Shown here one piece after another: positions 51,286-62,600 of a DNA stretch of 64,000 nt; position 1 is the first letter of the stretch; the number at the start of each line of letters is the position of its first letter. The notes beneath the pieces are model-generated. The model saw only the letters and a list, made by a program, of their open reading frames with translations, was not told the origin of the DNA and made no database searches. The translations under genes were made by a program, and so were the position numbers. The stretch comes from Macrostomum lignano (lineage: Eukaryota): positions 1 to 64,000 of the forward strand of contig NIVC01003415.1 of assembly GCA_002269645.1 (NCBI GenBank), read 5' to 3'.

Positions 51286-52029
51286 GATGCTACAGAATCA
51301 ATCATTTACAGACTTAACCAGCATCGCCCACATATCCTCGAATGTGTTTTCCCAGTTTTTATAAAACCTCTCGCTAATAACGCGCCCATATCTACGTGTG
51401 ATGTACTTTTACCAAACGTGTGATAACTGATATAGGCTTATATACATTACATATTTATTTATATTTTTACCTTTGATTTTAGTACACTAGCCAGCTATCT
51501 GCTGTGATGTCCCTGCATTCTCCTTTCATTTTGTTTGACAGTTTGACCACCAACTGAATCGAGCTGGACCTCTGCCCGCTGATGGAACCAAATTTCCATA
51601 TTTCATATTTTTGCAGTTTTGATTGCTGTTCCTTCTGCTTCGCAACGTTTTTTCATTTAAATTTTCTCCATTAATAAATAAACATTCCTAATGCTACTGG
51701 CTAAGCTCTGTTTGCTGCTGTGATCACCTGTTTATCAACACCTGTGCTGCTGCTGCGTCGCGCACTCGAATTCCTGAGCCCCTCCTATACGCCTTACTCA
51801 ACTGTAATCAATCCCATTTATTTGGCAGATCAACGAACGAACTGTCTGCAAATTTACACTAAACAGGTAGTTCAATCAGTAGATAAACGAGTGAACTTTG
51901 CGGAAATAAAATATGATTGTATTCAAATCGCCAAAACACTGCTGGCTGATGTTTGAGATTTAATCACACTCCACTAACCGCAGGTGATGCTTTCTTGTTT
52001 ATTGTTTTTTAACGCTTCCACAGCTTGCA

Positions 52030-52330
52030 AGACATGAAAGGGACCGCAGTCATTCCTACAACTTCTCATCGAGATCAAAGGGACCGCCGTCATTCCTACC
52101 GCTTCCTCTCATCGAGATCAAAGCGACCGCCGTCATTCCTACCGCTTCCTCTCATCGAGATCAAAGCGACCGCCGTCATTCCTACCGCTTCCTCTCATCG
52201 AGATCAAAGCGACCGCCGTCATTCCTACCGCTTCCTCTCATCGAGATCAAAGGGACCGCCGTCATTCCTACCGCTTCCTCTTAGAGATCAAAGAGACCGT
52301 CTTTATTACTACAGCTTCTTCTCATACTCG
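52030..52330. repeat. 43-bp minisatellite (CATCGAGATCAAAGCGACCGCCGTCATTCCTACCGCTTCCTCT), about 6 copies
   Basis: Tandem copies read directly. Confidence 0.92.
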
Positions 52331-53244
52331 TAGACATCAAAGAGTCTGCATCCCTAAAATCTTCGCCAAAACCAAGACAAGAATGGAATAATTTTTGCTG
52401 CGAAGCCATGATTCTTATATTTTTAATTAGAACTCAATAAATGCTGGTATATAGCGCTGCAGCATACATGTCGCAGTGACAAAATTAGTACTTGAACCTA
52501 AAGCATAAGTCAGCTTTTGTCTGCGTTGTAAAGCCCAGACTGAAAATTACGGTCTCCAACAACAATTGCGTATAAAATAAGTTCCCGGCGGCTCGAAAGA
52601 ATGCGATGCTTGCCTTTGGAAACTGAAAACACGTCACGGCAAAACAGGCCTTGAAAGAGCAACTCTTGCCAGTACAGACACTATAAAACCATATGCAAAC
52701 ACTCGCGCTAAAAAACTTGTCGAACTCAATGCGAGGGGATAAAAGTGTGGCTGCTCACCTCCCGCAGAAGCCACGGGAGGCGGTAGCGCAGTAAAACTTT
52801 CTTGGAAATAAAACTCAAAACAAGACAATAGCGGACATTGATCACCATTGAATTATTAAAACAAAATAATTTTTGCTCTATACAGTTATGGTCACAAAGA
52901 TGCGACACAAGGCTAAAAATACCTGCTTGGACTTCTAATGAGAACAGGGAAATCTTTAATTACATATTTCGGGTGTTGATTTAGCACTGTACGTTGGATC
53001 CCCTGTTCTCGTTATTATTTTTATTATTATTTTAAACAAAAACAAGTCCACAAATTTGTGCAGTCTATTAAAATTTGTGCTTGGCTATAACAATGGATTT
53101 GTGCTGCACTCAGTCGAGGCTCACAGACAGCCAAATATCGCACCAGTTAACTGAATTTCACTGTTAACAAATTCTAAAATCACACTAATTTGCTTTTCTA
53201 GCAGTACCGGGAATTCTATGTAAATTTAAACAAAACGATTCGTA

Positions 53245-54705
53245 TTACGGCATGCGCGACTGCATCATCGGCGTGCTGCTGTTGTTCTCGGCGATGAAGT
53301 CGGCGATGTAGCGAACTCTTGGCTGATGCTGCTGCGGCTGCTGAGACTGCGAAGACTGGTGCGGCAGCGGCCATTCGCCGGAAGCCAGACACGCGGAATT
53401 CTGATGGCTGAAAGGCGCTAAAAACGATGCAGCTGGCGCCAAATTGGAAGGACTCGCTGTGGAAAATTCCGGCGTTGGCGGACTGGCAAACATTCCTGGT
53501 TGCTGGTGCAGATAGCTGCTGCCGGGAGGCTGAGGATTCTGGAACGATGTCGAACCGTAGTAGGAAAAATACGACTGCGGCTGCTGCTGCTGCTGCTGCA
53601 GATGCTGATGGTGTTGCTGGTAGTGCTGCTGCAGTTGCATTGGACTTTTAGGACTCTGGAAGTACGATGGCCCTGAAGCTGCTGCGGCAGCGGCTGCGGC
53701 AGCGGCGGAAGCAGCGGAGCTGGCAATGAAATCGTGGGGCCCGTAGTCCACCTTGCGCACGCGGCGGTCCTTGGCCCGTCGGTTTTTAAACCAGATCTGG
53801 AGATTGCATGGTTTGATGATTGAACATTGCTTTCATGGAAATCCTTCTGATTCCTGATCACTCTAAAACGTCTTTATTGAAGGTCTTGAATCTGACATCC
53901 CAATCAGACTCCATGGCAAGCACTGGATTCACAAGGTAGACATTGATCCTGATCACTTGTTGAGCTCAACTCTCTAATCTCCTCTGATCTCCGTTTCATT
54001 ACTCCCTCTCTCTGACCTCTCATATCTGACCTTAGCTTTGGTTTCCAACTACTGATAACCCTTGTTTGATTGAACCCTCCACCTCTTTTGCAAGCTACTC
54101 TTTTTCACTTTTCCTTCTAATCAAATAAAATATCAGACTCAAACTCCCATCTCGCAGAATTTAAATTTACTGTCAATCCTGAGCTTTAAACATTTAAACT
54201 GATTGCTTCGATCGGCTTACCCTCTCTGAACATTCCCACTTTTCCGGCCTCTCCTTGTCTGATAACTTCCACGTTGTCGCAAAACCACCATTTAACCCGA
54301 ATCTGTCTTGCCCCCGATTCCAATACTCCATCCTATACTTTTATTGCTTAAAACTATTATAAGTAATAACAAGACGTAATAAATAAACTAAAGCTGTTTT
54401 ATCAAGGTGCACGAATAGTCACGTACCAACACCTTCCTGTAGGGAATGCCAATCGTTCTGCTAAGCAACTCCAACTCTCGATAATCGGGGTACTTTTGCA
54501 ACTCAAACATGCGCTCAAGTTCACGCCTCTGTACAGCCGTGAGATTGGCCCTTCGTCTCGGTAGCGTTGCCTTTGGCGTCTCTTGCAGTGCCAGTACAGG
54601 CGCAGACGCAGTGGCAGATGTCGATGCAACCGAACTAGAAGCTGGTGCAGCATCAGCATAGTGGAATGGACGGTTGAATTCCACAAAACTTGGAGTGCCT
54701 TCCAT
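53245..54705 (-). CDS. Divergent PRD-class K50 homeobox protein (about 276 aa), 2 exons
   Basis: Exon 1 is 54705-54427 (donor GTACGT) and exon 2 is 53796-53245 (acceptor CTCCAG), joined in phase 0. Spliced homeodomain: RRRANLTAVQRRELERMFELQKYPDYRELELLSRTIGIPYRKVL|IWFKNRRAKDRR. The C-terminus is poly-Ala/Gln rich. Confidence 0.88.
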
Positions 54706-55326
54706 CACTGATTTTATCGGAAATAGAGTCTTTTCTGATTTAATATTTGTATTTGTTGCAGCCAACTCAGTCCAAGGAGTCCATTTCTACCTAGCCTCCA
54801 ATGCAGTCAGTTCATTTTATATTACTGTACAAAACTATTGTCGATCGCTATCGACCTCGCTATCGTTGCATCAGGCCATCAGCCAATCAGGGGAGCGGTT
54901 GGGGGGGTAGAAAATATAATTGCTACGATTGCCCACCCCATTTCCGCGGCCACTGTATTATTCAGTACGCGTGTATAAAGTACATTGCAATATTGGGGGG
55001 TGGCAAATTAGGCTCGCGCAATACCACAAAATGTACATGCACGATTGAGTTCAAAGGGCCTGTCAACTTAAGCTCATAAAGTGGAGCCTGAGTAACCTAT
55101 GTACACAAATGCTACGTCATTCTGCTCACGGTGACACTAGGAAGCTGGGTTTGGCAAAAAACGACAAATCGAGCATATTGGACTTGGATAGCCGGATAGG
55201 GGAGGAGAAGCATGGGAATAATTATGGACTCGACTTTATGAGCTTAAGTTGACAGGCCTTTTAAAACTGAGCCTTAAAGTGTAACTCGATGGGTGGGTGA
55301 TACGTTTTCATTGTTGTTGCGACAAT

Positions 55327-55476
55327 GCGCAACCAGAAATTTGTTGAGGATGAGGGTGGATTCTGGAGGGTAAAGACCCAAGGGGGACGGAAGGGGGTGG
55401 CTCTGTATTTTGGCGAAAATTCGCTTGGTCTCCGCCTAAGATGGGGGCGACCACCCCCCTCCTGGTTGCGCCACTA
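55327..55476. mobile_element. MITE-like fragment
   Basis: Inverted GCGCAACCAG / CTGGTTGCGC(CACTA), with GACAATGC on both sides. The left end looks clipped. Confidence 0.5.
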
Positions 55477-56652
55477 TAGACAATGCATCAATGAGTTGTG
55501 TGGTCTCTGAACTACTCGTAACTTTTCCTGTGCCCTTGATGAGCACCAGAAATTGGGGATTCAACTGCATTATTGGCTGGGGAACCGAACAAAGATTTCT
55601 TACAGTGGTGACCGACGTCAAGTCAGGTGGGGCACCAAAGGCCAAAGCTGAGAGATTCTTGCCTCCTCCTAGCTTAACTGTAAAAGATTTGCACCATGGA
55701 GGTCCCACTCCGTAAGGGAAAAATCTCTAAAGAGATCTTATATTATCAGGTCTTGCAGGACAAAAATACGGGGGCTGGAATTTTTCGCTGGCCTTCTTGA
55801 CATGGACGGATCGAGAAAATTTTTGCATGGCATGAGGGGGGCCATGCCCCCCCCCCCAGGGTCCGCCCCTGCTTCTTGATTTCCTTATTGAATAGCTAAA
55901 ATACTCGTACATCGACTTTTAGCTTCTAGGTTAATTTGAAATCATTTTAATCATTGCATTCAAGCGAAATCATACGCGATATCGATGAGTTCTCGCAACT
56001 TCCATGTAGAATTTGTGGAACTATTACTATCCCAAATTCTAAAGTCAAAATGGTTTGCTTTCCAATCCGATCTAGCAAATAACGTTACCTTTTGAGATTC
56101 AATACATTTCTTTCAATAGAGACGATAATGATTCGATTCTTGACTTAATAGAGTGCTTACAAGTAGCATATATGAAGGTAGCCGAAAACGGGGTGGTTCA
56201 AAAAATAATGCTCGCTAATCTCGTCCACCACCAAGAATTCAGCGAGTAGTAGTGAACTTTAGCTTGATAAAGCCTTTTTAATAGACAATATAAATTTTAA
56301 GAAGCAAATTCTTAAATTGTACTGATTTTTTAAACTAATTTGTCAATATTGGTATCAACTAAATCTTTGTTGTGGGACTGGGTTGGCCCACCCCTCTTGT
56401 GTAGGTTGGCGTTACTTTAAGTCAGACTCTAGTATAAAACAGCCTCATTACTAGAGCGACAGAATTGAAAACTATTGCTATATCCGAGGAACAGTCTGGT
56501 CACGTGACTTCGAGGAAGAACGGCCAAAGGAGTCTGAATTTTCTCAAAAAGACGATATATGAGAACTTCTGGTCATCAATTGGATATTTGACTATTATAT
56601 TTCACATTTTTCTTGCATTTTAGTAAATATCAGCAGTTTATTCATCATCAGG

Positions 56653-59600
56653 ATGGCTGCTAACATGTACCGCGTCGGAGGTAAGAGCCTCATTTCTTTA
56701 TACACGCTTACTAACCCAGGTTTTTGCGTTCTATTGAATCTGTTAGCACAATTTCATATTAGTAAAGTTTCAAGCACAAGTTTAGGAGTTTCCTGCTCTT
56801 GTTTCTGATAGATATTCTATAATCTACCTTTTATTTAAAAAATACACTTCAAATCATTGGATTTTTCTCATCTGATGAGCGCACGTAGAGAGCCTCAAAG
56901 TCTACCCTTTCAGCTTTTTTTGCCCTGCTTCAGCGCTACGACGGAGCAAAACGAGTGCCAGGCTAGATAGAATAGGCTTAATGCTGCAAGGTGTTAGTTG
57001 AGAATGAGAAGAATATGTTAGACTAACCTTAAGAACTCTTGGCAGATAATAGGATTTATTTATTCACCCTAGGCTAAATATTTTTAAAATAGTCTCACTC
57101 ACAAAATGATTTAGGAGTCAAAGGCCTATCTACATATCTCTAGAACCTATGGCCTATGCCTATGGGTATGGGCTATGGCCATGCCTTAGATAAATAGAAC
57201 CTGCTGTATATGATAGCTAAATTTTAAAGTGTTAAAAATACTATTTATATTAGACCTATACATTTTTATAAAAATTAGAGAGCCTAATAAAACTATAGAT
57301 ATTAAGTTAAGATGTTGGTATTTAAAGGCCTAGATATTTAGGCCTAATAAAAATTAGGCCTATGCATATGATGGTAAAAGTCTAGGTTTATTTTTTGTAT
57401 AGCTACGAATGCAAACTAAAATTAAAATTAAAATATTAAAATATAATATGCCTATTAGACCTTATAAAGTTATATACAATTTTGTAACCTAACCTATTAG
57501 TATTATGGCTATTAGGCCTCAAGCTAAGGCTAAATTTGAAAAAAATATATTGATATAATATTTCAGTGAATTATAAATTAGGTCTAAAAGTAAGACTAAA
57601 AGGCAAATAGGTAATTTATATAAATAATTAGAGGCAATTAGGTAATTTTAAAGTAATTTTATCCTTTTTGATAAGTAGAAATCTTAATTAAAGTCTGTTT
57701 TTATAATATAATCCTTTTTTAAAGATGGCTTATACCTTTCAACCCTTAGGAATATAGGTGCATAGTTGGGATTCATGTTGTAGGGGGAAGATATTAATAT
57801 ATTTCCTATGTTAGCAATAAAAGCAAAATACAAAAGCAAAAAAAGTTCCCCCTTTCAAGGGCCCAGGGAGGCATGTCTTTAGCGTCCCCCCTATGGCTAT
57901 ATGTATGAATAAAGAATATCCTAAACAAAAGCTATAATCAAAGATTTATATACTATAATTTATATACTATAAGTTAGGCTAAAAGAATCTTTTTTTATAA
58001 AAATTTCAAATTCTATTGGTTGCTTTCTATAGTTATTTATCACTTTTTTAATGTAAGAATAATCAATGAAGGCTTTCTGTATTTTTTAGAAGTTATAAAC
58101 CAGTGCAAATTTTGCTAAAATTGTACATAACTCTTTATCTTCAACTCTTCATCCTCTTCATAATACCAAATCCCAAAGGCCAAAATCTGCTTTCTATATA
58201 TACCTAACAAAAAACATTGTTTCTTATAACCTAGCTCATGATAAGCCTATCACAGTCTACAAAACTTCCTTAAAATAAATCTTTTTAGCTCCATATTTTA
58301 TATAATTCAAATGGATTTAAAGTAATTCTTTTATATTGGGATTCTTGGGATTTTAAGACTTAATCCATGGTAAATTTTGAGTTATCTGTAAATATGGAGT
58401 CTGCAAAGGCTTAGATTTGACTGAGATTAAGAACTCTTGAGAAGTCAAAGGCCCAACAATGTAAAGGGTATGGTTAGTATTTTATTTGGTTATAAACTTT
58501 TGACTAATGCTAGCTAGCATCCCGATTTTTGATTTGGCTTTTTAGCCAACTTTAGAATTTGGACCTAGGATGCCAAATGACACTGCGACTCTGATTCTTG
58601 AATAAAATATCCAAGTGGTCACTGCTTCCTGAATTTTAAATATAGCGTTTTTAAATACAAGCAATGCCTGCAATGCACAGTCACCAATTGATATGCAGAA
58701 GCAACACCATTCAATTGCAGACTATGTGTACTTCGAGACCTCAGCCTCCGGACCATATCAGATTCGGCGTATCGAGGAGCTTACAAAGACCCCAACTGGC
58801 AATGTGGAAGCTAAGGTTATGTGCTTCTTTAGGCGGCGCGACATTTCTAATAATCTCATTAGCCAAGCTGACAAGCATCTGAGTAAGCGGCGTTGCTTTT
58901 CATTTTTTTTCGACTATCCTATCATTTCATTTAGATCAGAAAATGTAGAGAAACTGCAACAGGAATAGTAGAGAGCCTCATTTTGCCTATTTTAACCCTC
59001 TTGGGTCTATCTGAATGCTGTGTACTCCGGAATAAAGGTAGTAAACGTAGAGAGCCTCATCGTAGCGCCCGAGTGCGTGTGTTAGAGAAAAATTCGCATT
59101 AGACGAGATTTCGATTTTCGTCCAGCGCTGATGGGAAACTCCGATTGAATGGGAAAGTTTCAGCAGCTAGCGAAAGCAATTATTCCTGCTCCAAAAAAAG
59201 AACTGGCTTGTCAAAAGATGAGACAGACTGCTCCAAAGAAAGAACTGGCTTGTCAAGAGATACAGACAGCCTGTCATAGACAAACTGTGAGAAGAGACAG
59301 ACGATCCACAGCCGACTTGTTTATTTTATCGTAATTTCGCACGGTTCAAAATCCAGCTTAAGGCTGGTTAATCTCGCTGGACCCTGTCAGTGAGACTGGC
59401 AAATAGGTAAAGAGACTGGCAAACAGACAGTGAGACTGGCAAATAGACAAGGTGAGACTGACAATTGACAAATAGACAGTGAGCCTGGCAAATACGCTGT
59501 GTGAGACTGGTAAATAGACAGTGAGACTGGCAAACACACAGTGAGACTGGCAAATAGACAGTGAAACTGGCAAATCGACAGTGTGAGACTGGCAAACTGT

Positions 59601-62600
59601 GAGACTGGCAAACACACAGTGAGACTGGCAAATAGGCAGTGAGACTGGCAGGCAATCACATTAAACCTCGACCGACTGAATGACAGCAGACGAAAGCACC
59701 TCTCGGGGAGCATCTCTCCGCCAGAAAAGCTTCCTACAGACGAGCCGTGCCTAATAGTCTTCCCTCCTCCCCTAGGCCTGGATGATGAGCCATCGGCAGC
59801 TGGCGAAGCCGAGGCGGCCAGCTCCGAGCCCAGGGGCGGAGGCCTCACGGAAGTTCAGCGGCACCAGCTGCGCCATCGAGAGCTGTTCCTATCCCGCCAG
59901 GTGGAGACCCTACCGGCCACAACCATCCGGGGAAAGTGCGCCGTGACCCTGCTGAACGAGACCGAGGCCCTGACCTCCTATCTGGCCAGGGACGACGCCT
60001 TTTATTACACCCTGACCTACGACACCGCGCAGAAGAGTTTACTGGCCGATCGCGGCGAAATCCGGGTCGGCGGCCGCTACCAGGCCGAGGTTCAACCGTT
60101 GCTAGGCGACGGAGAATCCGACGGCCGCGACCTGGCCCAGCTGGAGGAGCTGGTCTGGCGGCCAGATCACGGCCTGTCCGATGCCGACATTGACAAGTAC
60201 CTGCTGGTGGCTCGGTCGGTAGGCTGCCTGGCCCGAGCTGTGGACGCCTGCAGCTCGGTGCGTCAGCCCGGACTGGCGGCTGCTGCGGCCGCGGCTAGTC
60301 GCGACTACACCCAGGTTTGTGGCCGGCTTACTTGGGCTTCCGGCGCTCTAGAGATATGAAATTCAATAAATAGGGATTTGGGTCCTCGGAACATTAATAT
60401 TTCGGGATCTAGGATGCGAGGAATCACTGGGATTCGGAAATTAAGATTCAATAGGGGATTCCGGGATTAGAATTCGAGATCTGGGGTTCGGGGATTAGGA
60501 TTCGGAACCTGGGATTCGGGATCTGAGATTTGGGATTAGGATTCGGAACCTGGGATTCGGGATCTAAGATTTGGGATTAGGATTCGGAACCTGGGATTAG
60601 GGGATTTGAGATTTGGGATTAGGATTTGGAACCTGGGATTCGGAACCTGGGATTCGGGATCTGAGATTTGGGATTAGGATTCGGGATTAGGGATTAAAAT
60701 TCGGGATTTGGGATTAGGATTCGGATTCTGAGATTAGGATTCGGGATCTGGGATTAAGGGATTAGGATTCGGGATCTGGGGTTCGGGATTTTGATTCGGG
60801 ATCTGGGATAAGGGAATTAGGATTCGGAATCCGAGACTTGAAGAAGAGGCTTGGTAAGTTCGTAGTTTTAGATTAGCATCCCTGTATTTGTTAGTGACTT
60901 TAGGACTTCTACAGCACAAAAGCATCAAACCGCCTCAAACTCGGCATTTCCAGGCCCACGCCTACCGAATGCTGCACTCGTCCAAGTACGATCTGGGCCG
61001 GGCCTTCTGCCGGCTGGTGACCGACTCTGGGCCCGTGCTGTGCCGCGACCAGCTGGAGGACTGGTCAGCTAGCGAGTGCAACCTGTTCGAGGAGGCCATG
61101 AACAAGTTCGGCAAGGACTTTAACGAAATTCGGCGCGACTATCTTTCTTGGAAATCTATGCGCTCGATAGTGGAGTACTTCTACATGTGGAAGACTACGG
61201 ATAGATACGTGCAGCAGAAGCGCTTGAAGGCCTCGGAAGCTGAGAAGAAACTGAAGCAGGTTTGTTTGTTTACTTTTAGTTTTTTGGCATTAAAATGCTT
61301 CAACTATTCAGTCGGCGCCAATTCTATTTATCTTTTGGCGTGAATTCTACCCAGCAAGAACCCCATCCCCAGGTGTACATTCCCAACTACACGAAGCCCA
61401 ACTCCGATCCCCAGATGTACATTCCCGACTACACGAAGCCCAACCCCATCCCCAGGTGTACATTCCCAACTACACGAAGCCCAACCCCATCCCCAGGTGT
61501 ACATTCCCAACTACACGAAGCCCAACCCCCATCCCCAGGTGTACATTCCCAACTACACGAAGCCCAACCCCATCCCCAGGTGTATATTCCCAACTGCACA
61601 AAGCCCAACCCCCATCCCCAGGTGTGCATTCCCAACTACACGAAGCCCAACCCCCATCCCCAGGTGTACATTCCCAACTGCACAAAGCCCAACCCCATCC
61701 CCAGGTGTGCATTCCCAACTGCACAAAGCCCAACCCCATCCCCAGGTGTGCATTCCCAACTACACGAAGCCCAACCCCCATCCCCAGGTGTACATTCCCA
61801 ACTACACGAAGCCCAACCCCCATCCCCAGGTGTACATTCCCAACTACACGAAGCCCAACCCCATCCCCAGGTGTATATTCCCAACTGCACAAAGCCCAAC
61901 CCCCATCCCCAGGTGTGCATTCCCAACTACACGAAGCCCAACCCCCATCCCCAGGTGTACATTCCCAACTGCACAAAGCCCAACCCCATCCCCAGGTGTA
62001 CATTCCCAACTGCACAAAGCCCAACCCCCATCCCCAGGTGTGCATTCCCAACTACACGAAGCCCAACCCCCATCCCCAGGTGTACATTCCCAACTGCACA
62101 AAGCCCAACCCCATCCCCAGGTGTGCATTCCCAACTGCACAAAGCCCAACCCCATCCCCAGGTGTGCATTCCCAACTACACGAAGCCCAACCCCCATCCC
62201 CAGGTGTACATTCCCAACTACACGAAGCCCAACCCCCATCCCCAGGTGTACATTCCCAACTGCACAAAGCCCAACCCCCATCCCCAGGTGTGCATTCCCA
62301 ACTACACGAAGCCCAACCCCCATCCCCAGGTGTGCATTCCCAACTGCACAAAGCCCAACCCCATCCCCAGGTGTACATTCCCAACTACACGAAGCCCAAC
62401 TCCCATCCCCAGGTGTACATTCCCAACTGCACGAAGCCCAACCCCCATCCCCAGGTGTACATTCCCAACTGCACAAAGCCCAACTCCCATCCCCAGGTGT
62501 ACATTCCCAACTGCACGAAGCCCAACCCCATCCCCAGGTGTACATTCCCAACTACACGAAGCCCAACCCCATCCCCAGGTGTACATTCCCAACTACACGA

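Noticed and set aside
55748-55872. Complete hAT MITE ending GGTCCGCCCCTG
   Set aside because: The right end is typical, but there is no matching left TIR or TSD. At most a fragment.
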